From positions 3,696 to 67,695 of the forward strand of contig JANYJF010000009.1 in assembly GCA_025361885.1 (NCBI GenBank): 64,000 nucleotides of DNA. The letters are read 5' to 3'. The position numbers and the translations under genes are program-made. Below, piece after piece: positions 18,917-29,191 of this stretch (position 1 is the first letter of the stretch; each line of letters starts with the position of its first letter). The stretch is from Coriobacteriia bacterium (GTDB taxonomy: Bacteria > Actinomycetota > Coriobacteriia > Anaerosomatales > PALSA-660). The notes beneath the pieces are model-generated. The model did not search any database. It was given only the letters and a program-made list of their open reading frames with translations, and was not told the origin of the DNA.

Positions 18917-21478
18917 CTACGCGCCCGCCACGCCGCCGGACGAAGTGGTGCCGCCCGTCGAGGTGCCGGACTTGCGGGGAGGCATCAGCCCGCGGGCAGC
19001 GGCAGCTTTCTTGCGCGGCGCCACCTCAGGCGAGGCCGGAGAGCTCTTGAGTTTGGTGAAGATGGCGCGACCGTCCACGGCCGAGACCTCGACGACGTCG
19101 CCCGCGCTCCACATGCCCGAGAGTATCTCCTCGGACAGTGGGTCCTCGATCATGCGCTGGATGGCGCGACGCAGGGGCCTGGCGCCGAACGCTGGGTCGA
19201 AGCCCTCCTTGGCCAGCAGGTCTCTTGCCTCAGGCTTCAGCGTGATACCGATGCCCTGAGCACCAAGTTGCTCGCGGAGTCGCGCGACCATGAGGTCGAC
19301 GATCGAGTGGATCTCCTCGCTGGTGAGCTCGTGGAAGACGATCGTCTCGTCCACGCGGTTCAGGAACTCGGGACGGAACGCCCGCTTGAGCTCGCCCGTG
19401 ACACGTTCCTTGATCTTGTCGTGGGTCAGGCTTCCCTCGGGCTGATCGGAGAAACCGAGCGAGGTCTTGCCCTTGGTGATATCACGAGCGCCCACGTTCG
19501 ACGTCATGATCAAGATGGTGTTCTTGAAGTCGACCTTGCGGCCCTGGGCGTCGGTGAGGCGACCTTCCTCCAGGATCTGGAGCAGGATGTTGAACACGTC
19601 CGGGTGCGCCTTCTCGATCTCGTCGAACAGGATCACCGAGTAAGGACGGCGGCGGACCGCCTCGGTCAACTGACCGCCCTCCTCGAACCCGACATAGCCG
19701 GGAGGCGAGCCCACAAGCCTGGAGACCGTGTGCTTCTCCATATACTCGGACATGTCGAGCGAGATGAGAGCGTCCTCGGAACCGAACAGGAATTTGGACA
19801 GGGTCTTCGCCAACTCGGTCTTGCCCACGCCGGAGGGGCCGAGGAAGATGAACGACCCACCGGGGCGGTTCGGGTTCTTCAGGCCGGCGCGCGTGCGGCG
19901 GATGGCCCGGCTGACCGCGACCACGGCCTCGTGCTGGCCTATGACGCGCTCATGCAGTGAATCCTCCATGCGCAGGAGCCTCGCGGTCTCCTCCTCGGTG
20001 AGGTTCGAGACCGGGATCCCCGTCCACACGGACACGATGTCGGCGATCTCTCGCTCGGTGACCTCGACGATCCGCCGGTTGTCCGGCTTCATCCACTCTT
20101 CCTCGATCTTGCGCTTCTCGGCCAGCACCTGCTTCTCCCGGTCGCGAAGCGAGGCGGCCTTCTCGAACTCCTGCGCCTCGATGGCCGCTTCCTTCTCCTG
20201 ACGGACGCTCTTGAGCTTGTCCTCGACCTCGCGCACGTCGGGAGGCGCGGTCATGGTCTTCATGCGCATCTTGGAGCCGGCCTCGTCGATGAGGTCGATG
20301 GCCTTATCGGGCAGGAAGCGATCGGAGATGTAGCGGTCGGCCAGCGTGGCTGCGGCCTCGAGGGCTCCGTCCGTGAAGGACACCCGGTGGTGCGCCTCGT
20401 AGCGGTCGCGCAGCCCGCGAAGGATCTGGACGGTCTCGGGGACCGACGGCTCGCCGACCGTGATCGGCTGGAACCGGCGCTCAAGAGCGGGGTCCTTCTC
20501 GACGTACTTTCGGTACTCGTCGAGCGTGGTCGCGCCGATGGTCTGCAACTCGCCGCGGGCCAGCGCCGGCTTGATGATCGAGGCGGCGTCGATCGCGCCC
20601 TCGGCGGCGCCGGCGCCCACGAGCGTGTGCATCTCGTCGACGAACAGGATGATGTCGCCGCGCTCGCGGATCTCCTTGATGACCTTCTTGAGGCGCTCCT
20701 CGAACTCGCCGCGGTACTTGGAGCCGGCGACCAGCGCCGCCAGGTCGAGCGTGTAGAGCTGCTTGTTGCGAAGGGTCTCGGGGACCTCGTCGCGGGCGAT
20801 GGCCTCGGCCAGCCCTTCGGCGACCGCGGTCTTGCCGACTCCCGGCTCGCCTATGAGCACCGGGTTGTTCTTGGTGCGGCGAGACAGGATCTGCATGACG
20901 CGCTCGATCTCCTGCTGCCTCCCGATGACGGGATCGAGCTTGCCGTCGCGGGCCTGACTCGTGAGGTTGCGGCCGAACTCGTCGAGAAGCTGGCTGGATC
21001 CGCCGCCGCGCTCCTCGGACGGGGTGTCGCCCTGTTTGCCGTAGTAGCCGCTGAGCAGCTGGATGACGGCCGAGCGGACTTTGTCGAGGTCGGCGCCGAG
21101 GTTGAGCAGCACCTGGGCGGCGACGCCCTCGCCCTCGCGGATGAGGCCGAGCAGGATGTGCTCGGTCCCGATGTAGTTGTGGCCGAGCTGCAGCGCCTCT
21201 CGCAGCGAGAGCTCGAGGACCTTCTTCGCACGCGGCGTGAAGGGGATGTGGCCCGTCGGCACGTACGTACCCTTGCCGATGAGCTCCTCGACCTGCTGGT
21301 GGACATCCTCCAGCGAGATGTTGAGCGACTCGAGCGCCTTTGCGGCGATCCCGTCCTGCTCGCGGATCAGCCCGAGCAGCAGGTGCTCGGTCCCGATGTA
21401 GTTCTGGTTGAGCATCCGCGCTTCTTCCTGCGCGTACACCACGACCCTGCGGGCCTTCTCAGTGAATCGTTCGAACAT
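18917..21478 (-). CDS. clpC: ATP-dependent Clp protease ATP-binding subunit ClpC
   Basis: 853 aa. Clp_N repeats, two AAA+ modules ([16 protein letters not shown]) and a UVR-like middle segment. Has a roughly 45-aa Ser/Gly/Lys-rich C-terminal tail. Confidence 0.97.
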   Translation of the reverse strand: MFERFTEKARRVVVYAQEEARMLNQNYIGTEHLLLGLIREQDGIAAKALESLNISLEDVHQQVEELIGKGTYVPTGHIPFTPRAKKVLELSLREALQLGHNYIGTEHILLGLIREGEGVAAQVLLNLGADLDKVRSAVIQLLSGYYGKQGDTPSEERGGGSSQLLDEFGRNLTSQARDGKLDPVIGRQQEIERVMQILSRRTKNNPVLIGEPGVGKTAVAEGLAEAIARDEVPETLRNKQLYTLDLAALVAGSKYRGEFEERLKKVIKEIRERGDIILFVDEMHTLVGAGAAEGAIDAASIIKPALARGELQTIGATTLDEYRKYVEKDPALERRFQPITVGEPSVPETVQILRGLRDRYEAHHRVSFTDGALEAAATLADRYISDRFLPDKAIDLIDEAGSKMRMKTMTAPPDVREVEDKLKSVRQEKEAAIEAQEFEKAASLRDREKQVLAEKRKIEEEWMKPDNRRIVEVTEREIADIVSVWTGIPVSNLTEEETARLLRMEDSLHERVIGQHEAVVAVSRAIRRTRAGLKNPNRPGGSFIFLGPSGVGKTELAKTLSKFLFGSEDALISLDMSEYMEKHTVSRLVGSPPGYVGFEEGGQLTEAVRRRPYSVILFDEIEKAHPDVFNILLQILEEGRLTDAQGRKVDFKNTILIMTSNVGARDITKGKTSLGFSDQPEGSLTHDKIKERVTGELKRAFRPEFLNRVDETIVFHELTSEEIHSIVDLMVARLREQLGAQGIGITLKPEARDLLAKEGFDPAFGARPLRRAIQRMIEDPLSEEILSGMWSAGDVVEVSAVDGRAIFTKLKSSPASPEVAPRKKAAAARGLMPPRKSGTSTGGTTSSGGVAGA

Positions 21479-21689
21479 GGAGCATCACCCCTGGGGCTCG
21501 ACGCGCCGCCGACGACGGCGCGGAAGTCGTTTCCTACATACCAGACAGTATACCCGCCTCCCTGACATGCGAGGTGGGTCGGACGCTCAAGGAAGCAAGT
21601 GCGGTGCCGGGATGTGAGTCGGTCGCGCTCAGATGTGTCACGTGATGCCACAGTCGCGCCCAGACGCGGGCTCGGCGCCATAGGGGCTG

Positions 21690-23204
21690 TCAGGCCTCCG
21701 GCCGCAGGGCCGGGAACAGCAGCACGTCGCGGATCGAGGCGCTGTCTGTCAGCAGCATGACGAGCCGATCGATGCCCAGCCCCATACCGCCGGCGGGCGG
21801 CATGCCGTATTCCATGGCGCGCAGGTAGTCCTCGTCGTAGCCCATCGCCTCGACGTCGCCGCCGGCCTTGGCGGCCATCTGCGCGGCGAACCGCTCGCGC
21901 TGGTCCACAGGGTCCACGAGCTCGGAGAACGCGTTCGCGAACTCCCGCCCGGTGATGATGAGCTCGAAGCGGTCGGTGAGCTCCTCGCGGCCGGTGATCT
22001 TGCGTGCGAGCGGCGAGGTCTCAAGTGGATACTCGGTCACGAACGTCGGTTCGATCAGCGTGCGCTCGACGAGCTTCTCGAACAGTTCGGTGATGAGTTT
22101 GCCCTTGCCCCAGGAGGCCTCGACCGGTACCTCGTGCTTCGCGCACAGTCCGCGCAGCTCATCGAGCGACCGGGCGAAAGAAACATCCTGATCCGCAGCT
22201 TCGCTCGTCAGCTCGATCATCGTGGCGCGGCGCCAGTTCCGGCCCAGGTCGACCACTTCGCCCTGGTAGGTGATCGTCGTCGTGCCAAGGACCTCCGTGG
22301 CCGCGTTCTTGATCAGTGCCTCGGTCAACTCGATCATCCCGCGCATGTCCGTGAACGCCTGGTACACCTCGAGCATCGTGAACTCGGGATTGTGACGCAC
22401 GGAGATACCCTCGTTGCGGAAGGAGCGGTTGATCTCGAAGACGCGTTCGAAACCCCCGACAAGCAGCCGCTTGAGGTACAGCTCCGGGGCGATGCGAAGG
22501 TACAGCTCCATGTCGAGCGCGTTGTGGTGCGTCACGAACGGGCGGGCGGTGGCACCTCCTGGGATCGGATGCAACATCGGGGTCTCGACTTCCAGGAACC
22601 CGCGGGACTCCAGGAAGCGCCGGATCGACGCGACGATGCGGAAGCGAGTCAGAAAGACATCGCGCACCTCGGGATTGGCGATGAGGTCGATGTATCGCTG
22701 GCGGTAGCGGGTCTCCGTGTCCGCGAGGCCGTGGTACTTCTCCGGCAGTGGGCGAAGAGACTTGGAGAGCAGGGTGACCTCCGTCGGGACGACGGAGAGC
22801 TCGCCGCGGCGGGTGCGCAGCACGGTCCCGGTGGCACCGACCCAGTCGCCGAGGTCGAGCTCACCGATCCTCGAGAAGGCTTCTTCTCCGAGGACGTTGA
22901 GGCGGCAGAAGATCTGGACATCGCCGGTGCCGTCGCGCAGGACCAGGAAGATGGCACGGCCCTGGTCGCGCTTGGCGACCAGCCGACCGGCGAGCGACAC
23001 GACGTCGGTGACATCCTCGCCCGCCCCAAGGGACCCGAACTCGGCCGTGAGCGCGCTGACGGGATGCGACACGTCGAAGTTGAGCTTGTACGGCTCCTCG
23101 CCCGCTGCCCGAAGGGCATCGAGCTTGGCGCGGCGGACCAACGACTCGTCGTCCCGCGGCGCCTGATCGGGAATCTCGCGGCCATCGTCCCCCATCGCCG
23201 GCAT
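21690..23204 (-). CDS. lysS: Lysine--tRNA ligase (class II)
   Basis: 504 aa. OB anticodon-binding domain and class II motifs (FRNEG, GGMGLGIDRLVMLL). Confidence 0.97.
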   Translation of the reverse strand: MPAMGDDGREIPDQAPRDDESLVRRAKLDALRAAGEEPYKLNFDVSHPVSALTAEFGSLGAGEDVTDVVSLAGRLVAKRDQGRAIFLVLRDGTGDVQIFCRLNVLGEEAFSRIGELDLGDWVGATGTVLRTRRGELSVVPTEVTLLSKSLRPLPEKYHGLADTETRYRQRYIDLIANPEVRDVFLTRFRIVASIRRFLESRGFLEVETPMLHPIPGGATARPFVTHHNALDMELYLRIAPELYLKRLLVGGFERVFEINRSFRNEGISVRHNPEFTMLEVYQAFTDMRGMIELTEALIKNAATEVLGTTTITYQGEVVDLGRNWRRATMIELTSEAADQDVSFARSLDELRGLCAKHEVPVEASWGKGKLITELFEKLVERTLIEPTFVTEYPLETSPLARKITGREELTDRFELIITGREFANAFSELVDPVDQRERFAAQMAAKAGGDVEAMGYDEDYLRAMEYGMPPAGGMGLGIDRLVMLLTDSASIRDVLLFPALRPEA

Positions 23205-23208
23205 GCCC

Positions 23209-23682
23209 CTACTTGGTGATGGAGACGACGACGTACTCCAAGACCTTGCCGGACGGCACGTGCACCGTCACGGAGTCGCCCTTCTTCTTGCCGAGGATCG
23301 CCTGGCCCACGGGGGACTCGTTGGAGATCTTGTCGTGCAGCGGGTCCGCCTCGGCGGAACCGACGATCTGGTAGATGTGATCCGTTGCGGTCTCGATGTC
23401 CCTGAGCTTGATCTTCGATCCCAAGGTCACCTTCTCGCTCGAGGTCGGGCTCGAGATGATCGTGGCATTCGCCAGGATCACGTTGATCTCGATGATCCGG
23501 CTCTCGACCCACGCCTGCTCGTTCTTGGCGTCGTCGTACTCCGAGTTCTCTGAGATGTCGCCGAACTCCTTGGCTTCCTTGATGCGCGCGCCCACTTCGC
23601 GGCGGCGGGTCGTCTCAAGGTGACGAAGCTCGTCCTCGAGCTTCGTCTGGCCTTCGACGGTGAGAGCGATCTCTTTGTGCAT
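23209..23682 (-). CDS. greA: Transcription elongation factor GreA
   Basis: Internal ATG 23680-23682 gives 157 aa: MHKEIALTVEGQTKLEDELRHLET..REVGARIKEAKEFGDISENSEYDDAK (GreA coiled coil). greA-lysS pairing is common. Confidence 0.94.
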   Translation of the reverse strand: MHKEIALTVEGQTKLEDELRHLETTRRREVGARIKEAKEFGDISENSEYDDAKNEQAWVESRIIEINVILANATIISSPTSSEKVTLGSKIKLRDIETATDHIYQIVGSAEADPLHDKISNESPVGQAILGKKKGDSVTVHVPSGKVLEYVVVSITK

Positions 23683-23847
23683 ACAGCGCTCCTGTACAAG
23701 ATGTCGGGCGCGACCTTTTCGCGCATCCGGCGTGCCCGTGCCCCTTGAGAACGGCACGAGGGGCCGTCAAGGCCCCTGAGAGTATAGGGGAGTATACGCC
23801 GTTTCGGAATAGGGACAAGAACGTGCCCAACGAGTGGCGGAGACGCA

Positions 23848-23876
23848 GCGGACCCCGCGTTTCAGGCGGGGTCCGC
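23848..23876 (-). terminator. GC-rich hairpin downstream of tatA (putative terminator)
   Basis: Perfect 11-bp inverted repeat gcggaccccgc / gcggggtccgc with a 7-nt loop, about 60 nt after the tatA stop. Confidence 0.5.
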
Positions 23877-23934
23877 AAGAACGTGCGAGGGGTCCTCTTG
23901 GGACCCGGGAAGCGTCGGTTCCGAGGTCGGGACT

Positions 23935-24180
23935 CTACTCGTCCTCGTCGCTCTCGGCCTTGGCCTTCTTCTCGGGCTTGGGAGCCTCGTCATCCTCGGG
24001 CTCGGTGGCGGGCTTCTTCTTGGGCTTGGGGGCCCCTTCCTCATCGTCCACGCCCTCCATGCCGTCGCGCAGGGACTTGACGCCCTTGCCGAACGTCTTG
24101 GCGAGCTTGGGGAGTTGGCTGGGGCCCATCACGACCAGCACGATGATGAGCGTGATGATCATGATCTTCTCGATGTTCAT
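23935..24180 (-). CDS. tatA: Twin-arginine translocase subunit TatA/E
   Basis: 81 aa. N-terminal TM plus amphipathic helix (IIVLVVMGPSQLPKLAKTFGKGVKSLR), then a charged Lys/Glu/Pro tail. Confidence 0.88.
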   Translation of the reverse strand: MNIEKIMIITLIIVLVVMGPSQLPKLAKTFGKGVKSLRDGMEGVDDEEGAPKPKKKPATEPEDDEAPKPEKKAKAESDEDE

Positions 24181-24286
24181 GCATCTTCTCCTTCGAACCT
24201 TGGTGCCGGTCTGCCGCTGCCGGGCGGGTGGCCGGAGGCGCGCCGAGGGCTAGCATAGCATCACGCCGACGGGAGCGTCACTGACT

Positions 24287-24949
24287 CTACAGCGCGCTCG
24301 AAGCGGTGTCGTCCTCCCGCCGTGACAGGTAGTAGAGCGTATGCAGCAGCTCCTGCACCGGATCGGTGTTGTGCAGCGTCACGCCAGCCGGGACCTTCAC
24401 GATCACGGGCGAGTAGTTCAGCATCACCCGGATCCCGGCAGCGGCCAACTGGTCGGCGACCGCCTGCGCCGCGGCCGGAGGCACCGCGATGACCCCGATG
24501 GAGATCTGCTGCTCGGCCACTACCCTCTCGAGGTCGTCCAGAGGCTGGACGATGACGTCCCCGATCCGCTTCCCGATCTTGGCCGGGTCCACGTCCAGGA
24601 TCGACGACACGATGAACCCGTGCTTGCGAAGACCGTTGTAGCCGGCGATAGCGGACCCGAGGTTACCGGCGCCCACGAGCACGAGGCGGTGGGTGTGGTC
24701 GGAGCCGAGGATGCGCTGGATCCGGTCGATGAGGCTGATGACGTCGTAGCCGATGCCGCGCTGCCCGAAGGAGCCGAAGTGCGTGAGATCGCGCCTGATC
24801 TGTGCGGGGTTGACGTCCGTGAGCCCGCCGAGGCGAGCCGACGACACGGTCGCGACCCCGTCCGAGCGCAGCTGGATGAGCACATTGAGGTACAGCGGGA
24901 GGCGCTCGATGACGCCCTCGGGAATCCGCCGCTCAACTTGTGCTGTCAC
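24287..24949 (-). CDS. rex: Redox-sensing transcriptional repressor Rex
   Basis: 220 aa. Winged helix (RLPLYLNVL..L...G...VSS..L), FGSFGQRGIGYDV and Rossmann motif VLVGAGNLGSAIAGY. GTG start with GGAGG RBS. Confidence 0.93.
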   Translation of the reverse strand: MTAQVERRIPEGVIERLPLYLNVLIQLRSDGVATVSSARLGGLTDVNPAQIRRDLTHFGSFGQRGIGYDVISLIDRIQRILGSDHTHRLVLVGAGNLGSAIAGYNGLRKHGFIVSSILDVDPAKIGKRIGDVIVQPLDDLERVVAEQQISIGVIAVPPAAAQAVADQLAAAGIRVMLNYSPVIVKVPAGVTLHNTDPVQELLHTLYYLSRREDDTASSAL

Positions 24950-25039
24950 TGACGCCTCCGTCGGACGGGGAAGATGTGCCTAATCGTAGCGGCGGCTACC
25001 CGCAGGGACAAGGACGCCCTTCAGGCGCCGGGCGCGGGC

Positions 25040-26167
25040 TCAGTTCCGCCGCGGCCCGACGTCCGTGATCGCGTGCTCACTCACGGCATCCACGGTGAGC
25101 GACCCAGCGATGCGTCCATCGCGCACAACGAGCAGACCGCGCTCCCCGCTGACCTGCATCGCTCGTGCAGCGACCTCGAGTGAGGAGCGGACGTCTATGA
25201 GCGCCTGGGGCGGCACGGGACGGGCGGTGGACATGACCTGCGCATCGCTGTCCTGTGCGGACATCGCGCGAGCGAGCGACGTCACGTCCGTCACGGCGAC
25301 CAGCAGGCCGTCCGCGGCCACGGGGATCAGTGAGCCCGGAGCGGTCGCGATCGCCGACTGCATGACCACCGAGACGGGCTCATGAGGCCCGAGAACCAGC
25401 GCCGCCGCCATGACATCGCCGGCTCGCACGGCGGCCAGCGCGAGGCGGACGGCCTGCTCGCGCATCGACGAGGCCGCCAGCTGACGCAGGAACAGCCCGA
25501 GCACGAACATCCACACCCATTCCCATCCCTGCGTGACGATGCCGACCGCCGCCCCGGCCGCGATGGCGACACCGAGTACCTGGCCCGCGCCGCTCGCCAG
25601 ACGGGTCGCCCGCAGCCGGTCGCCGGTTGCCCACCACAGGTAGGCGCGCAGCACCCGGCCTCCGTCCAGCGGGTAGCCGGGCAGGAAATTGAACACGGCG
25701 ACGACCCCATTGACGACAGCCAGGTACTCGACGGGCGCCCACCACACGTTCGAGACCCCGGCGTCGTACATCAGGGCGTAGGCCAGGTAGAGAAGGGTCG
25801 ACAGCACGACGGACATGAGCGGCCCCGCCACGGCCATCGCAAGCTCGCGGCCCGGCCCGCGGGGCTCCTCGGAAAGCTGTGAGACGCCGCCGAACATGAA
25901 CAGTGTGACCCGGTCCACGCCGATGCCTCCGCGGCGCGCCACGATCGAGTGACTGAACTCGTGCGCCACGATCGACGCGAAGAACAGCAGCGCGCCGACG
26001 ATCCCACTGGCGGCGTTCACCCACAGAGGGCGCCCCGGGAACTCGGTCGGGAAGTACGAGAAGGTGAGCACGCCACCGACGACCGCGAAGACGACGAACC
26101 ACGAGACGTTGAGCTCCAGCGGTATCCCGAACACGCGCCCTATTCGGATCGAGGGCAGGTCGAACAC
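25040..26167 (-). CDS. M50-family site-2 metalloprotease with C-terminal CBS pair
   Basis: 375 aa. HEFSH zinc motif in a TM segment, a second motif region FNFLPGYPLDGGRV and C-terminal CBS-like domains. GTG start with GGAGG RBS. Confidence 0.88.
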   Translation of the reverse strand: MFDLPSIRIGRVFGIPLELNVSWFVVFAVVGGVLTFSYFPTEFPGRPLWVNAASGIVGALLFFASIVAHEFSHSIVARRGGIGVDRVTLFMFGGVSQLSEEPRGPGRELAMAVAGPLMSVVLSTLLYLAYALMYDAGVSNVWWAPVEYLAVVNGVVAVFNFLPGYPLDGGRVLRAYLWWATGDRLRATRLASGAGQVLGVAIAAGAAVGIVTQGWEWVWMFVLGLFLRQLAASSMREQAVRLALAAVRAGDVMAAALVLGPHEPVSVVMQSAIATAPGSLIPVAADGLLVAVTDVTSLARAMSAQDSDAQVMSTARPVPPQALIDVRSSLEVAARAMQVSGERGLLVVRDGRIAGSLTVDAVSEHAITDVGPRRN

Positions 26168-26242
26168 GCAAGCCTCCGCTCATGGGCGTGGGCCGCGCGG
26201 CGGGTGCCGCGAGGCCCCGGCGGTAACCGTCCGGTCCTCGTG

Positions 26243-27037
26243 CTAGAAAGCGGCGCCCTCGAGCGCGTGCGAGCACACGCACGCACGCTCCTGAGGCAGA
26301 GCCGGGATCATCGCGAACAGGAGGTCCTTCACCTTGGAGTTGTTCTCGTTGAACACCCGTACGACTTCTTCGTTGCTGACGGGTTCCACGCCCTCAGCGC
26401 CGGCGTCGTGGTCGGTGATCAGCGAGATGTTGCAGTAGCAGATCTCGAGTTCGCGAGCGAGGTAGCACTCCGGGTACTGGGTCATGTTGATGACTTCCCA
26501 GCCCTGCGACGCGAACCACTTGGACTCCGCTCGGGTGGAGAAGCGCGGGCCTTGGATGACCACGACGGTGCCCGACGGGTGCACGTTGATGCCGAGCTCG
26601 CGGGCCTTGGCGACGGCGGTCTCGCGCATCACCGGGCAGTACGGGTCGGCGGAGGAGACGTGTGTGGTGGTCGGACCGTCATAGAATGTGTCCTTGCGGC
26701 CCCAGGTGCGATCGACGAACTGGTCGCAGATCACGAAGTCGCCCGGCACGACACCCGGCTGCAGCGAGCCGCACGCGTTCGGCCCGATGATGCGCGACAC
26801 GCCGAGGCTCTTCATAGCCCAGACGTTCGCACGGTAGTTGATCATGTGCGGCGGCAGAGAGTGGTCCTTGCCGTGCCGCGGCAGGAACGCCACCGAGCGG
26901 CCACCGATCTCGCCGATCATCACCGTAGAGGACGGCGCGCCATACGGCGTATCGACCTTGTACTCACTCACGTCATCGAGCAGCGAATAGAACCCGCTTC
27001 CGCCGAACACGCCGATCTCAGCCTTGGGCAGGGTCAT
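26243..27037 (-). CDS. mtnP: S-methyl-5'-thioadenosine phosphorylase
   Basis: Internal ATG 27035-27037 (AAGGAG RBS) gives 264 aa: MTLPKAEIGVFGGSGFYSLL...FLPRHG..H..PPH.INYRAN.WA...GV...NACGSL, the PNP/MTAP family pattern. Confidence 0.9.
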   Translation of the reverse strand: MTLPKAEIGVFGGSGFYSLLDDVSEYKVDTPYGAPSSTVMIGEIGGRSVAFLPRHGKDHSLPPHMINYRANVWAMKSLGVSRIIGPNACGSLQPGVVPGDFVICDQFVDRTWGRKDTFYDGPTTTHVSSADPYCPVMRETAVAKARELGINVHPSGTVVVIQGPRFSTRAESKWFASQGWEVINMTQYPECYLARELEICYCNISLITDHDAGAEGVEPVSNEEVVRVFNENNSKVKDLLFAMIPALPQERACVCSHALEGAAF

Positions 27038-27104
27038 CTCGGGCTCTCCTTCACGTCTCGGTCCGCATACGGACCCGGTTCGGGCCGGCGACCATTCTAG
27101 CCCA

Positions 27105-28109
27105 TCAGCCCGCGGCGAGGCAGTACACGTCGTCTTCCTCGGCATGCCGCCGTCGGTCGTCTTCGACTGGGCGCGGGACGAACAGAGGCCGGCGAAACAG
27201 GTTGTCCGCATCGGTCCAGCGGTCCTCCAGCCCACTCGCTCCGGTGACCGCCGTCATGAAACCCGCGATCTTCGCGTCGAGGTTGTCGACGTGGTGCAGA
27301 ACGAGCGCCTCGAGCGTGCATGGTCGCTTCGGAGATCCCCACTCGAGTTCGCCGTGATGGGACAGCAGCACGTGGGACAGCCTCAATGCCAAGGTCCGAG
27401 GGATCCCCGCCCCGACAGCCGCCACTACCGCCGCCACGCGCCTCTCCCCCAGCACGACGTGACCTATCAGCCGACCTTCATCCGTGTACTCGATGGCGGT
27501 CTCGAACGCCAGCTCGTCGACCTTGCCCACGTCGTGCAGCAGGGCGGCTGCCAGCAGGAGGTCGGCGTCGATCGCGTCGTAGCCCTGCCCGACGGCCTGG
27601 CACGTGGACGCGACACTAACGGTGTGCTCCAACAGGCCGCCGATGTGCGCGTGATGGTGCGACTGGGCGGCGGGACAGCGGGCGAAGCGCTCCATGAACG
27701 CGGCGTCGCCGAAGATCCGATCGAGGACCGCCCGCAGACCCGGATGCCGCACCTCGCCGAGGAGCGACTCAAAGTACCCGAGCAGCTCGTCGGTGTCGCG
27801 CAGCCCGCTCGCCAGAAGGTCTGACGGGTCCGGGTGCTCCTCGATGTCGAGCCACTCCACGGAGACTCGGCGCTGCCCGCGGAACGACGTGACGGTGCCG
27901 CGAACGCGGACCGCGGAGCCCACCGGGACCGAACCGTCGCCCGAGCGCGGGCCGAACATCACCGCGGGGATGCGTCCGCTCCGGTCGGCGAGCTCCATCG
28001 ACAGGTACACCTCGCCGGTGCGCGTGGGCCGCAGGTCCCGTGACCTGAGCGCGAACACAGTGTCCACGGCGTCTCCCTCGACCAGGCCCTTCACGTACTG
28101 CTCCTTCAT
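27105..28109 (-). CDS. OB-fold + HD-domain nuclease (YhaM / CMP-binding-factor-like 3'-5' exoribonuclease)
   Basis: 334 aa. N-terminal OB fold (DTVFALRSRDLRPTRTGEVYLSMELADRSG) followed by an HD domain (HHAHIGGLLEHT...ALLHDVGK). Confidence 0.8.
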   Translation of the reverse strand: MKEQYVKGLVEGDAVDTVFALRSRDLRPTRTGEVYLSMELADRSGRIPAVMFGPRSGDGSVPVGSAVRVRGTVTSFRGQRRVSVEWLDIEEHPDPSDLLASGLRDTDELLGYFESLLGEVRHPGLRAVLDRIFGDAAFMERFARCPAAQSHHHAHIGGLLEHTVSVASTCQAVGQGYDAIDADLLLAAALLHDVGKVDELAFETAIEYTDEGRLIGHVVLGERRVAAVVAAVGAGIPRTLALRLSHVLLSHHGELEWGSPKRPCTLEALVLHHVDNLDAKIAGFMTAVTGASGLEDRWTDADNLFRRPLFVPRPVEDDRRRHAEEDDVYCLAAG

Positions 28110-28300
28110 CGAACTGCCCTGCTCCCCGCCGGTCCGGCGCTCCGTGTCGGTGTGTTCGTGACCAGCTTAGCGGCGACCTCTGACATCTCAGACCTGGCCC
28201 CCCGGTCGACCCGCCACGCCGACACTCCGGTCCCGAGCCGATGGGCTAAGATGGCACCATCCGACCCCGTATCCCGAAGGTGGCAGCAGTGACAGCCAAG

Positions 28301-28741
28301 ATGCGCACGGCAGTCGTGACGATCTCACTGCTGGCGATGACAATGGCGCTCGCCGCATGCGGCGTCCGCACGGGCGTGGTCTTCGAGGCCAAAGCCGGAG
28401 CGCTCACCATGGCGCAGGTCGAGCAGAAGGCCCGGACGGTCTCGCTGGGTTCGGCGGCAGGTGTGGACAAGGCGGACGCGCCCTCCGCGCGCGAGAAGGT
28501 CCTCGTGGACCTGCGCACCCGAGGTGCCAAGGGCCAGCGCGCGGCCGTCCTTCTGACCAAGGACTTCCCACAGAACACCCCATCGGTCCCCGTGTGGGTT
28601 GGCGCCGCCTCCGTCGACGGAGTGCCATCGATCATCGCGATCGAGGCGTATCCGAACAAGCGAGGCAGACTCGAGTGGCGGCGACTCTGGGTCTTCGACG
28701 AGGGCTCCGGCGCGGTCAGACTCGCTGCGTCCTACCACTAG
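28301..28741 (+). CDS. Putative lipoprotein, unknown function
   Basis: MRTAVVTISLLAMTMALAAC has a signal peptide with lipobox LAAC. One of the few plus-strand genes. The start could also be GTG 28280. Confidence 0.6.
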   Translation: MRTAVVTISLLAMTMALAACGVRTGVVFEAKAGALTMAQVEQKARTVSLGSAAGVDKADAPSAREKVLVDLRTRGAKGQRAAVLLTKDFPQNTPSVPVWVGAASVDGVPSIIAIEAYPNKRGRLEWRRLWVFDEGSGAVRLAASYH

Positions 28742-28749
28742 TCGTCCGT

Positions 28750-29106
28750 TCAGACGCCCAAGGGCAGCGGCAACGTCCACATCGACGGAGCCGGGTACTC
28801 TGGATCAGTCGCGGACGCGGATCGAAGATCCTCGTCGATGGAGGCCGCCACCAAGCGGCGGCGGTAGGCGAGGAGCTCCGGACCGCCGGTCCGAAAGGCC
28901 CGACGCCTCACGACGGCATCGAAGTACGCGGTCATCCGGCGTCTGGTGCCCTCGTCCAGCGGCTCGCAGCACGCGCCGGCAAAGCGCTCCGCGGTGATCC
29001 GCTCCGCCTGTCTCGCCAACTTGACGGGGATTCCCCTGGAGGCAGCGGCGTGCTGGGCCAGAACAGCAGCGTGTCCATCAACTGTGCGGTCGGATCGGAA
29101 GTCCAT
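28750..29106 (-). CDS. Hypothetical protein (118 aa)
   Basis: ATG preceded by GAGGAG RBS with plausible composition. No recognisable motif. Confidence 0.5.
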   Translation of the reverse strand: MDFRSDRTVDGHAAVLAQHAAASRGIPVKLARQAERITAERFAGACCEPLDEGTRRRMTAYFDAVVRRRAFRTGGPELLAYRRRLVAASIDEDLRSASATDPEYPAPSMWTLPLPLGV

Positions 29107-29191
29107 GGCGCTCTCCTCGCATCGAACGTGTGTGCGATGAGAGCGTACGTGCCGGGTCTGACATCCGCGTCGTGAAGCGGGAGGGCGGCCC

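Noticed and set aside
21479-21689. Searched the 211-nt clpC upstream region for a CtsR box (tandem GGTCAAA repeats) or an HspR HAIR element. Noted a CTTGAGC half-site and an 8-bp palindrome TCACGTGA at 21638-21645.
   Set aside because: - There is no tandem heptad repeat.
- There is no matching second HAIR half-site at the right spacing.
- An isolated 8-bp palindrome is too weak to call an operator.
- No ctsR or hspR gene is in the window.
24181-25039. Looked for Rex operators (TTGTGAA-N6-TTCACAA type) around rex, tatA and the cytochrome or Fe-S gene starts.
   Set aside because: No match with both half-sites was found by eye in the intergenic regions of this window. A position-weight-matrix scan of the whole genome would be needed.
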